Shown in pieces: positions 1-11,708 of a DNA stretch of 64,000 nt. Within the stretch, counting starts at the first letter, position 1, and every line of letters starts with the position of its first letter. The notes below the pieces were generated by a model that was given only the letters and a program-made list of their open reading frames with translations, did not search any database and was not told the origin of the DNA. This DNA is from Patellaria atrata CBS 101060 (lineage: Eukaryota): the NCBI GenBank assembly GCA_010093705.1, contig MU006094.1, positions 781,550-845,549 of the forward strand, given 5' to 3'. The translations under genes and the position numbers were made by a program.

Positions 1-314
1 GAAAGAGTTTTACTTCATCTCCGCAGGGGCCCGTCTGACTTATCTTCATCTACTTTGCACCTGCAATTCGACCTAGTATCGCAGCACGCTCATTCTGCTT
101 TCAGAATCATTCCCCCCTTCGAAAGCTTTTTGTCTAGCACGAGCTAGATACGACCGCACTCCTGGATTATCTACAGACCCAACGTGGTCATCTCTGGCCT
201 GGTGCGAGCGTCCCCTCGTTATCAATCCCTCATTCCCAGCAGGTCGGTTTACCTTCTCCCCCATCGTCGGAAGTCGGAGGGCCAATAGGCCAGTATCAAG
301 ACCAATCCGTCACC

Positions 315-1728
315 GTGGCTGCCGCAGTTGCTCATCCGTCCCTTATGCATTCTGGGCCGGAAAGTATGGGAGCCCCATCAAGCTTCACTGCTCGAAGGAA
401 CCATGCTTCACAGTTGCCTAACTTCGAGCTTCCGCCACCGCAACTGTCGAACCTCAACAAGTTTCATCATTTTGCGCCCGTCAACGCGACCCAGCCATCA
501 CCAGCGCCACCGGGGACCAGCGCAAGCGTGGGTAGCTTGCTCACTCCCCCAAGTAATATTCCAGGTGATGGATTAAGTCCCATTTCATCTAGTGTCGGTA
601 GCACCACCAGCTCTAGTTCAAATCAAGTAGCACCGTACACTCCAAACTCATATGTCTGGTCACAGAATCATCAAGGAGGTGCTCCATATGGTTTCCAATC
701 CAACTCATCCGGCCAGCCTTTCATCCCTGGACGTGGCCTGTTTTCACCATCTCTAAATCCATCCATCAACTCGATCGCTCGAGGACCTTCAAATTCACCG
801 ACAGCAGGTGAAGGGCTTCAAGGTCCACCTTATGAACTCAATCTACCTCCATTCCCTTCATCAGCACCAATGTCAGCACCAGCAACTTTACCCACAATGT
901 CATCACATCCCCCTGCAATGTCGCATGTGATGATGAACGGTCAACCACCCGTAACATCTTCATCCGCTCAACCGTCACCTGTACACGCTCAAGAAGCATT
1001 TCACCACAGACCACCCCCAACCCCTACTTACTACAATACACAACAAAACGGTACACCGCAGCAGTCAAATTTTCAATATTCCACAGGACCATCCCCGACT
1101 CACCCAAGTCCGATCAGTGCAGGTGGATCGTTAACAAGGATGTCACCAGTAAGCGCTGGATCAGGCCATCATATGCAACCACCTGCGCAGTCTCCCAACC
1201 AATATCAACGGCCATTCAATGGTTACCATGGCTTACCAGGACCCGTACTATCGAATATCAACAATCCACACGGCCAAATGGCTCTGGTAGGCGGAATGCC
1301 CCACGGAATCATGTCTGGAGGATTTAACAGTGGCCATGCTGCGAGCATGCAACATATGTACGGAGGCCATGCCGCTCAACAAACACCACCGAACGATCGA
1401 CCCTTCAAATGTGACCAGTGTCCGCAAAGTTTTAATCGCAACCATGACTTGAAGCGTCACAAGAGGATCCATCTTGCCGTGAAGCCGTTCCCTTGCGGAC
1501 ATTGCGACAAGAGTTTTTCACGAAAGGATGCGCTCAAGGTATGTTGACATCTAGTGCACCGTCAAGAAAATGCTTAACTGATGATTTTAACAGAGACATG
1601 TCCTAGTCAAGGGTTGCGGTAAGGGGACCACCCCAGCCGAAGGCGACAAGAACGACGGCTCAGCCTCTCCTGCCGCCAAATCGATCAGTGAAACCGGGGA
1701 CGTCAAACCCATGGTTGCAAGCCATTAA
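315..1728 (+). CDS. C2H2 zinc-finger transcription factor (long Pro/Ser/Gln-rich N-terminus, two C-terminal fingers)
   Basis: Exons 315-1538 and 1594-1728 (intron GTATGT..CAG 1539-1593). The spliced C-terminus reads RPFKCDQCPQSFNRNHDLKRHKRIHLAVKPFPCGHCDKSFSRKDALK|RHVLVKGC. The start is ambiguous: GTG 315 (CACC-GTG-G), ATG 345 or ATG 366. Confidence 0.93.
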
Positions 1729-3102
1729 TCACCTTCTATCTACTGGGCGTCACATTCAATATTCCCCACCCCATTGTATTACTTACACTCAAAGTTGATA
1801 ATTTATGTGTCCGGTGTCTAATTTCCCAATCATCCGGTTTGTGAATATTTTAGCGGGAATCCTGGAGAAGTTGTCGTTTGGGTTGGTTGGAGTTATATAT
1901 TGATCCGACGGGGATCTCTGCTCGGAATATCGGTTCATCATTATTATTTTTTCTGTTGATGTTTCAGATACCTCTTTAAGTGCGCTGGACATTTCTTCCT
2001 CGTCTCTTCTCAAACTTCTTGTCATATTTTCCTCCGGGCAGATTTCAGTGTTTGATCTCTATTTTATCTGGTAGCATGTTTTTGGGCAGCATCTTTAGCG
2101 GCGCCAAGTTCGAGGTTGTAAGGGTTACCCTTCGCTTTTCTGTTGTGGATGGGTAGGGCAGAGGGCGCATCAGATATTGATATCAAGCGGATGAGAGAAA
2201 AAGTAGTTATGATATGGAGGACATTGCGATATGAATCTACGTCTACATGTTCCCCTGACTTCGTGGTCCTACGTGCTCCCTTTATTGTGATTCGATATCC
2301 ATAGTCTGCCTTTCTGGTTTTAGCTATCTCGGCTTCACTGGGACTCGCTCGTCATCCGGCCACGCCTTTGTCCTCTACCCTTTCTCACCACCCTACTCTT
2401 AATACGATCATATAAACTTGAGCACCCGTATTGTCTCTTTGTCCTCACTCGTCCCCTACCATATTCAATCCACACACTTCCCGGATACAGCGTTCCACGT
2501 CGGACACCCTAACTTGACCATTCTCAAGCATCCTCACTCCTCAGCATCTCTTACCTTACGCACCAAGCTCCGACAATCTACTCCTCGCACTCATCCGCGC
2601 GATCCGCCTCCGAATCAACTTTCCTTCACCTTCACCGTACGCTTTTTATCCAGCAGTAAAACCTTTGAACATCCCCAGAACCCTGGGGTGTAATAAGCGT
2701 CATGGTTTATCACCCGGTACCAGGGTGGAATTTTTTTCCGACTTCCAAGGTCAATTTTATACCTCTAGGCCACCCCTTCCCTTCCCTTCCCGATCTACCC
2801 GCTCCTTCCTAACCTCCTTTTCCCGCAAAGCACGCCTTCCTACCGTCGGTATAGTACTCTCGCCCCTCCTGCCTTGCCCTGATCCATGCATTACTCTTTC
2901 CTTCATGTCGGCAATCGAACCTTTCCCTTCTGGCTCTTTCCCCTCCCCTTATCCCCTGCGGTCTTTCTATTCCCAAGCCCTGGTTACCCACACATGACAT
3001 ACCGACTCCCCTCGGCCAGGACGTACAGTACAGTACGGATTCAAAACCCCACCACGCCAGATCACGCCACGACGAACGAACTATATGGAAAGGGGAAAAA
3101 AA

Positions 3103-3202
3103 NNNNNNNNNNNNNNNNNNNNNNNNNNNNNNNNNNNNNNNNNNNNNNNNNNNNNNNNNNNNNNNNNNNNNNNNNNNNNNNNNNNNNNNNNNNNNNNNNN
3201 NN
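3103..3202. other. Assembly gap (100 N) between an A-run and a G-run
   Basis: 100 consecutive N; both flanks are low-complexity purine runs. Confidence 1.
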
Positions 3203-4183
3203 GGGGGGGGGGAAGGGGGGTTTCTTATCGACCCCTTTATCCAACTATGACAGAAAGAAAAACGCACAAGTAAAAGCATCCCCGAACTGTTCCGAAAGTG
3301 ATATTTTATCAGTTCTGAATTCTCGGGATCGTAGCAACGGAGATCAATGCCCTTCCTTACTATACGTACCTCGTGGTACTTCATCTCCATCTTATTTTGC
3401 TTCGTGCTGTGCGGGATGCAGGAACGTACGTGGGATGTGTGATGAGGGGGCGCACGTAGATGGAAACTAGGCGTTGAATCGGGAGAGGAGGAAGAGGAAA
3501 GGGGGGGGAAGAGAGGAAGGGGAGGAAGGGCGAAGGGGGTTTCTTCATGGTGCATGAGGTAGTTCCCTGATGTGAAGTGATAGTATGAGCTATGAGTGGT
3601 ATATGGATCAGGGGAGATTTTTTTAATAGTCATATATCGTTCTCAGCGACCAAGGAATTAGGGGAACACGGTGTTCTCTCTCTAGGCTTTGTTGAAGGGG
3701 AAGGGTTATGTGATATCTGAGGCATATTCCGGTTCTCTCAGTTGTCAGTTCCGAAGAGAGAAAAACCTATCCGCGGAGCTCTCTGCTGTGGTGTTTGAGG
3801 TGGGGTGGGCGTCGGATCGGTAGGTCTGGTTCACATGATGCTACTTAAGGCCTTTCAGTTCTGGATAGTGTTATTATTTTTACAATACCTCGGATTGGAG
3901 GTCGAAATCATCTCGCTCAGTACACCTATATCTCCATAGCATGAGGTTGATAATACGATCTGCTGTACGTTTGCTCACCACCATATCGCTACCATGAACT
4001 TTTTAGTTCCTCCCATACCTCTCGCTGAGAGGGGGACGAGGACGTGAGAGCGCGCTCCCTCATCAACACCATTTAGTTTCACTACCAGCCCGTGACGCCT
4101 ATGCACCCAGTTTTGACCCGTATCCCGAGAAGACAAGTAGATATAGTAGAGCAAATTTCCCTTACAGATGCCTATTCCGCTCC

Positions 4184-5718
4184 CTACACAGTCCGAAACC
4201 CCTGGCCCACACTCGGATACGAAGGATAAGAATACCTCTTCGACCTCCTGCTCGACGGAGAACTCGCAAGGTCCTCGAAAATACGCTCCTCATTAAAGCT
4301 ATTCTTCTTGACGACCGACTCATTCAGCCCGATGCGTGACCTCGACCTTCTCAAAGACCGATGGCGCGGCTGTTGGGGTGGTGAGTGGTCCGGGGTACGG
4401 GGGTGATGCGAGAACGATAGGGGGAAGGAAGATGAGTTGTTCTCGATGAAGACGCGGACGTCAATGGTGTTTTCCGAGGGTGCGGAAAGATGGACTCGCT
4501 GATGTTTCCCATTGTGATGCTGGTTCGGACTGGTATGGCGCCCTTGGGGAGCTCTTGAGTGGGCTGTGACCCCTTCCTTTGCATGATCTTGTGGACCAGC
4601 TGCCGGATTGGTTTCTACTGGCGTTGGATCCTAATACGAACGTCAACTGAACAGACCCTCCAGAACTTACTCAACGTGTCGATAAATGAGGAGATACATA
4701 CTTTCATGGAAAAAGTAGCCCCCGGTAGAGTCACAAAATCCTCTATTGCCAAATTCGCAAAATTGAATCCCCTAGGGTCATCAACAGGGTGGAACTTCTG
4801 GCCAACCTCGCCGTTAAGACTGAGATAAAACTTATGAAAAGGCTGATATTTCGATAACCCTATCCACCAGTCCGGGTAATGTCCAAGGAAGCGACTTGTT
4901 ATCTGGGGTTGAATCTCAATATCCAGCACTGCATTAACCCTATGAGATTTCTGGACCAGCATGACAAACGTAAACTCTCGTGGGAGGCCGGAGCGCTGAA
5001 TGAGGTTCTCCTCGAGAGACCAGACAATCTTGCCGTCCTCCACGTCAAAGGCTCTACCATAGGGTGATCGCAAGGTTCGCGTAGATCCTTGGATTCTCAT
5101 CATCTGATTGATTTTATAACTCCCCTGAACGCCCCCGGATGGGCTTAAGTTGGCGGATACGGGTGTTTGTGAGATTCCGAGGGATCCTGCGAGGTTGAAA
5201 TTCCACTGGAGGGTTGCTGATGAGATAGCGCCATATATGAGATGTGGTGCATGGCGAAGGAAACGTGGGCTCATCTGATTCTTGCCTTTACTAAGCTTCG
5301 GTTTTTCGAAAGAAGAAGAATTCGTTCGGGAATGAAGAAGTGTCATGTGGGGATCCGCCAGGTTGGGGTCATTTTGAACACTTATCGAGATGATGGCTGA
5401 CTTAAATCTGTTGGCCAGAGAATGTGACGGATGCAGAACGAATGAAACGGCAACAAAACAGACATAGTCAAGAGCTTGCTCATGAATGCTGGGGCTATCG
5501 TAGTAGCCACTTTGCAGACGGTCGACATGTGCTGTGATGTAGGCCCCACCTGGTAGATTTCTTTCATAGATACATTGATGATTGACCAAGAGACGTTGAT
5601 CTGGTGCATTTAGGTCCCGCGGCTTTTGCTGGAAAACTGTCATAGCATGTGGTTGGGCCACAGCCGACGAAGATTCAGGTGGAGCAACGGCCCGTATACG
5701 CTCGAGAAAGGAAGCCAT
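4184..5718 (-). CDS. Fungal hypothetical protein of about 487 aa, function unknown
   Basis: Exons 5718-4702 and 4630-4184 (intron GTATGT..TAG 4701-4631), phase-consistent and open to the TAG at 4184-4186. Globular-looking N-terminal part (FLRHAPHLIYG, WSLEEN..SGLPREFTFVML) and low-complexity tail. Confidence 0.8.
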
Positions 5719-7489
5719 GATTAGATGATCGAAATGAGAAATATTGTAAGAAATAGTCAAGTTCAAAGATGGTCTTGACTTTGAAACCAGAACTGTAAAT
5801 GAGTGGTTCATACAACTTTCCCTTTCCGTAGCCTTTTATCACTTACTCATACTCATAAGTAGTAACACAATCATCTATACAGACAGCTTCATAAGCTGTA
5901 AAGGGTTTGTTGGAGCATAAGTTTTCCTCTGGTATTATTCTCTGATGAGACTTAGATATCTTCAAGCCTCGAACGTGCACGTGATTCTGACCTCCCGATG
6001 CGGCCTGATCTCAATTAACTTGTAAATCTGTTTAGAACAGTGACTCTACTTTCTGTAAGAATTTCAGAGTAAGCTGGACGGCTATGATCGGTTTACTTCT
6101 TGAAGCGTTGGTCCACTAATAGATTTGATATTCGCGTCTTGCCGGAGGACGAGGAGCGCTCCAACTTAGACGATAATGTTTGTAGCGAATGAGCGCAAGA
6201 ACCGAAAAGATCGAGCAATGATCTCTTCGTATACAGAAGTTGGTCACCAATCTACGTGTCGCCAACACAAGGGACGGCGTTGGGACGCGTGGGACGTTAG
6301 TTGTCAATGATGGTGGTGGCAGCCCATGTGGTTGGGAAAGTCGAATACGGAAGGTACAATCTGTGGCCTTCAAGATGCCGATTCCCCTCTAATGCGGGAC
6401 TGGAGTCAGTCTACTCGTGAAGTCTCGTATATAGGGTTTCCTGGCACGTCTGGCTACAGTACATACAGTACGTCTTGCTCCTGATCTTCGCAGGAATATG
6501 CGGAGGAATATGCGGTCAAGGACGAATTCGGAACGAAAAGCTGTAAAAAGCAAAGGATAAACTTGACTTTCATGCGATACTGTACGAAGCGGTGGGGGGT
6601 TTTGATAATGGTGATGAAGTTATTGAAGGGTTCAAATGGAAGGGGTCGAGCGATGGATGATAGTTTGGCGCAGGGGCCGTTGTACGGCTTCTTGGGGCTT
6701 GCAGACTTGCAGTTCACAACTTCCAAGGGTTCCAAGGGCTCCCAGTTCACCACCTCAGGATCGAAGCTAAAGTAGTCCGCACGGTTGGGGGGAAAGATTT
6801 ATTCCTTTATCAAGTACAAATACGTTAGTACCTTAGGTAGTGGGAACGCAGCACCGGGGTTCTCTGGCCACTGCGCATCTTTGGGCCTTGAAACTTGGGA
6901 GAATTAAGTATTCTGGGTGGTCAGTATGCTTCTTACTAATCGTTCCTACTGCCCCGCCTAAGCACGATCTTTATATCGCGAATTTGCCCTGAATTAACCG
7001 TAAGAAACATGTTCAGTTTCTCCATAAACTTGACATTATAAAGGATCGCCTTATCAACTTCCAGTCCTCCGGAAGCGATCGGAAAACAACTCCGGTAGCT
7101 AAAAGGTAAGTACTGTACTGTACCAGCCGTGTTGGTTTCCTGGATGCATGTACCTGTACCTGTACTGTATATAAAAAACTAAGAGGTGAAAACAACAATG
7201 AATGAATCATGAAAATGAAAATCCGTAGCCCAGGGCGGGTGATGCCGTTATCCCGGGAAGCCGCATGTCAAGCCCCCGGTTTCCCATTTCCCTGATCATT
7301 TGCTGAAGAGCGATGGGCCTAAGCTTGAGCGAATCGGGAGCGGGCCGGACCTCAAAGTAAATACTTTATCCAAAACTGTCAAGCCTGTCAGCCACGTCCT
7401 GCACGGTCACAAACTCTCCATATCACTGGATATTTGTTCGAGACCCATATCAGCTTGGGACTCTTGTCCGTCCATTTTGTTTTGTTCGC

Positions 7490-9153
7490 TTATGCATTGT
7501 CATGCCGCAGCCATGTGGTCCTGCGGTGCAAATTCCAATACTCCGTCCCCTCATCACCTGTCATCATCCGAGCGTGGATAGTTGCCAGATCCACCCTATT
7601 CTTTGGGACGTCTTCCTCTCGACCCTTACAGGAAATAACATCTATCGTCGCTTTCTTTGCGCTGCAATCTTCTCGCATATTACTGAACGGTCTCTTCTCA
7701 CCGAGTGCTTCATCAGTAGCTGCTTCGACGTCCACATTGTCAACGCCGGTGCTAACTTTGCTAGTCTGGCCTTCGGCATCCTTTCGCTTGGAATTGGCTT
7801 GCCTCTTCTTTGCTTTCAAAGCCTCAACTAGCCGTCTGGCATCAGTAGAAGTGGCAAGCCGCGCTACAGCAGTCCGCCCATCCGGTCTGATATCAAGGTA
7901 TACGAGCTTCAGATCCCACCTTGTTTCTGCATAATCATCGCGGGTTCTCTTCCAAAACCAATTAACTGTGCGAATAAGAAAGGAGCGAAGGGTAGACCTG
8001 TTGATGTTGGGACGAAGACCAGAGATAAGAACGAGGGTACTATTGTCAGTCTCGCGTGTTAATACTTCTGTCCCGTTGTCTGTCGGGTTTTCTAGCGGGC
8101 CCTGATTCGGAGATTCCGCCGATCCTGTACGAAGGAGCGTTATGTATTCTTGAGTGCGCCGAGTATGCTCGTCTCTACCAAAGTATAGTTAGCATGGGTT
8201 CAAGATTGATTCATTCGGCCCGAAAAATCCTCCTAGAACTTTGGAAGCTTCCCCGCATGCTAGAGCGCATGCTGGCCCGCAGGAAATCCTTTGCCTTACT
8301 TGCTCAGTACAATCCAGTCGTCTGGCCAGCCCAGCTTCCGTACATCGCATTCAGCGACTTGCTTCCTCAATAGCACAAAGGCATATGCCACATGCGGTGA
8401 CCAAATTTTTTGAATCGGCAGGTATGCCTTCCGAAATCCTTTTGCTTTCTTAATCCACCACAGTACCTTAGCTGGAGTAGTACATAACATCGACAGGTGA
8501 GGTTCGATATAAACTGTCCGAGCATTCCAGAACTTGTTGTCTTTGGTTAGTTCACCGTCAGGTTCACCACCAGCAAGGCTTTGTGCCATGGACCCTGGAA
8601 TACGGCGAACAAGGTAACCATCTCTAGAATGTTGAAGTTGCGAATGGCCTTTGAGATTTGAGATCAATGCTTGACGGAATTGAACCTGAGAAGGTATTTT
8701 GCGGAAAGTGGTTAGATAGCTATGGGTCAGAAGAGCAGAGAGGTGGATGTATCCTTCTTCTCCATTGATACTTCGTTGATGTGTCTCTAACCATTTTCTA
8801 CTGTCCTTGTCTTTGTATGCATAAGTAGCGAATACCAATTCGACGGCACAAATAAGCTGCTCAAAATATTCTGTGTCTTCTTTCGTGAGGGGAGCAAAAT
8901 GTAGTCCTGATGGATTGGTATCTTCAATGCACTGTCTTTTTCGAGACGGTCCATTTTGGCGGGTAGTACTAGACTCTTCAATGCATCTTTTCCTTCGAGG
9001 GAGTTCATATTGGCGGGTAGCATTGAAGTCCTCAATACATCGTTTCTTTTGAGGCAGTTCATCTTTATGGGTTGTGCTAGAGGACTTGATCGATTGCTGT
9101 AGAGGGGTTGAAGACAAGTTCTTCTTGACTGCTAATTGTCGTGGAATGAACAT
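7490..9153 (-). CDS. LARP7: LARP7/Pof8(Lar7)-family RNA-binding protein: degenerate La motif, RRM1 and C-terminal xRRM, about 512 aa
   Basis: Exons 9153-8300 and 8174-7490 (GTAAGG..GCTAAC..TAG). La-like segment ends ..LQHSRDGYLVRR. RRM1 has RTVYIE and WIVLSKDEHTRRTQEY. xRRM has LVLISGL, VYLD, TAVAR and the terminal helix MTGDEGTEYW. These match remembered LARP7-family signatures. Confidence 0.8.
8921..9063 (-). repeat. 54-bp (18-aa) coding tandem repeat, about 2.6 copies, in the LARP7-like N-terminus
   Basis: TCYTCAATRCA recurs at 8921, 8975 and 9029. Protein: LPQKKRCIEDFNATRQYE / LPRRKRCIEESSTTRQNG / PSRKRQCIED. Confidence 0.9.
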
Positions 9154-9533
9154 TGCAGTACATTCAAAGAGCCTAGGTCTGTAGATCAGTGTTTATATCC
9201 CGAAAATTGTAGCACAAGAGAACTCCATGTGGGCATTGTAGGTGACGGGCGATAACTATGACACGTGTTACTTTGGCGAATGGAAAAGCTTGCCCATAAG
9301 GAGGTCCTTTGAGATAGAAATCGTGCTCTGTTCATTCCCCTGGGGATTGGTCTTCCAAGGAGATGAGGCCAGTCTTGTCGTTTATGATGGTGAACGTGCG
9401 AAAGCTCCAGCCAGAAGACGCGGCTCGCACAGACCACATCGAAATTCCGTCACCTTCCGAACAGAGACGCCTTGACTTCCTTAGCCTAGCCACAAAAGAA
9501 TAACACAACACAGCATTGACTACGCAGCACATA

Positions 9534-10622
9534 ATGGCGAAAGAGAAGAATTTCAATCCTGTGGCCGCACATCACAAAGCTGAGAAAGCAAAGAACCTGA
9601 AAAAATCTAAAGCGCAAGTCGCCGCGCAGCGAACCGAGAAGCTAGCCCGCCGCAACCCGGAGCGAATACAACGCCAGATCGATGATCTGAAGGCGGCACA
9701 AGAGGCTGGGGAATTGCGCCCTCATGATAGACAACGGCTTGAACAGCTAGAGAAGGACCTGAAGGGGATCAGGAAGGCTAGAGAGACCTTAGGGGATAAA
9801 GCTCCTCAATTTTCAGAACGGAGAAATGGGGAAGGGGAAGGTCAAGGACATGGAAGAAATAGAGGAAGAGGGGGTGACAGCGTACTTGGAAAACGACGTC
9901 GAAGTGGGTATGGCGAAGAAGGCGATAGTAGCGAGACGGACGAAGATGTGCGAGATATTCCCATGCCGCGAGACACCCCTCCCCCACTTCCCCGACGCGA
10001 GAAACGCAGCAACAATCCTAATCTCACACCATTAGGTGTTAGTCCAGATGGTGTGAGACTTCCCCACGCTTTACCTTCGAAACCGATAGTAGAGTCCAAG
10101 ACTGTATATGAAGCGGCACCCGTTCACCGTGATCTACGGAAAGAGGCCACGCGGTTCGTGCCAGCGGCTGTTCAAGTCAAATTTAAGGCAGCTCGTGGTG
10201 AGGGACGCTTGCTAGAGCCCGAAGAGCTCGAAAAATTGGAGCAGGCCGGATACAAGGATGCGAAGAAGGCAGCGAAGGAAGCAGAAAAAGAAGCAACCTT
10301 TTCAATGATGAACTTTGCAACCAGCAGTAGGCGGAAGGGAGAAGATATTGATTTGGAATCTGAGGAAGCAAAGTTTGAAAGGGAATTGATGGATGTTGAG
10401 AAGGACCTAGATATTGCGAGGCAAAATACCGCGGATGCGATGAGAAGAGATATTACCGGTCTAGTGGACGAAGCTGAAAAAGAGGCCGAGTTTAGCATCA
10501 TGGCAAGGGGTATAGACAGTGTAGAAGGGGAAAAAGGTGAACGTTTGGTTGAAAAGACTCTCGACAATGTTGGGAAACCATTTATGGTACAAATGGAGGA
10601 CGCTTCAGATGAGGATCCATAG
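9534..10622 (+). CDS. WBP11: WW-domain-binding protein 11 (Wbp11/Saf1-like) splicing factor
   Basis: Single exon, ATG 9534. N-terminal NPVAAHHKAEKAKNLKKSK..RTEKLARRNP coiled region, IPMPRDTPPP and YEAAP..RDLRKEA..FVP motifs are typical of the family. Confidence 0.85.
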   Translation: MAKEKNFNPVAAHHKAEKAKNLKKSKAQVAAQRTEKLARRNPERIQRQIDDLKAAQEAGELRPHDRQRLEQLEKDLKGIRKARETLGDKAPQFSERRNGEGEGQGHGRNRGRGGDSVLGKRRRSGYGEEGDSSETDEDVRDIPMPRDTPPPLPRREKRSNNPNLTPLGVSPDGVRLPHALPSKPIVESKTVYEAAPVHRDLRKEATRFVPAAVQVKFKAARGEGRLLEPEELEKLEQAGYKDAKKAAKEAEKEATFSMMNFATSSRRKGEDIDLESEEAKFERELMDVEKDLDIARQNTADAMRRDITGLVDEAEKEAEFSIMARGIDSVEGEKGERLVEKTLDNVGKPFMVQMEDASDEDP

Positions 10623-11019
10623 ATCGAAATTCACATATTTTAACAAACCACAAGCCTCACTACAATGTTAGATTGCGGCCCCAGCGCTGGTTTGTCGTTG
10701 AGAAATTATAAGTCTACCATACCCAGGAAGAGTGTGGCTGCAGATACTATGACAAGTGACTTCACGTATACGACACATTTCACATTTTACGACTTGAGGT
10801 ACAATCATTAGAGCCAATAATGCTTATAATCATTCCATAGGGTATCTAATATCGATCTTTATGCCGCCCTAGGTGTGTCCATCACCATGAACATGAAGGA
10901 AGAGGTGTTTCCCCCATCATATCAAATCCGCCAAAGGACCCAGACGGACGAGGAGAGGAATTGGTGTGTGAAGTGAAAGAGGTCCTCAATACAGTCCACA
11001 CGTCTTTGAGATGTTTGTT

Positions 11020-11427
11020 TTACTTCTTGCCTTGAAGAGTATCGCTGATACCTTGAGCGGCGTTGGCAACAGTCTCTTGTGCGGAGGCTAAGATACTCTG
11101 GCCCTCATTGGATGCGTCATCCTTGCCGGAGCGGGTGCTATCAGCCATCTTCTGAGAGGTGGACTTTTGACTCTCTAGAAATAAGATGTTAACAAAGGCA
11201 GATAGGTTGAGGACGGCGAGAAGATGACATACCAGGCTGGATGGCACCGGCGGCACGGTCATAGAGACCGGATGCTGAGTCCTTGGTTTGGTCAAGGGTG
11301 CTCTTTTGGCTATCGGGGGTGACCTTATCGGAAACCTAGCGTGCCATTAGTCCAGCCACTACTATCGAAAGATTGAGAAAGGCTTCATTACCTGGTCGGA
11401 GAGGTTCTTGCGGCCGGTGTCAGACAT
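11020..11427 (-). CDS. HSP12: Hsp9/Hsp12-family small stress protein, 97 aa
   Basis: Exons 11427-11392, 11335-11233 and 11174-11020 give MSDTGRKNLSDQVSDKVTPDSQKSTLDQTKDSASGLYDRAAGAIQPESQKSTSQKMAD...; the six-frame track shows only the C-terminal part because of the two introns. Confidence 0.92.
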
Positions 11428-11550
11428 GTTGATTTGAGGTGTGAGTGTTTGTTTGTTGGAAATTGATTTGGTTTGTGTATTGAGCTTGGGTACGGATGAA
11501 CAAGATGTTGTGTTTGTGAGAGAGGAGAAGAAATGTAAGAGTAGTGTGAG

Positions 11551-11708
11551 GTTTATATATCTAATGGATATGTTTATTTGGTGTTGGTGACGACTGCCTA
11601 CCGTTTTGCCCCTCCCCTACCATAGAAGGCAACCCACCTACCTAAGGACTGTATGACAGTTGCGTGACGTAACCAAGCATGAGCCGGACCTGAACTGATG
11701 AGTGACTC
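11551..11708 (-). promoter_or_regulatory. HSP12 stress-responsive promoter elements
   Basis: TATATAAA on the minus strand at about 11552-11559, two tandem STRE (CCCCT at 11609 and 11614), CRE-like TGACGTAA at 11665-11672 and TGACTC at 11703-11708. Function is inferred from known motifs. Confidence 0.55.

Noticed and set aside
2809..3633. Long ORFs spanning the N gap
   Set aside because: They are open only because Ns translate as X and the flanks are low-complexity; no recognisable protein.
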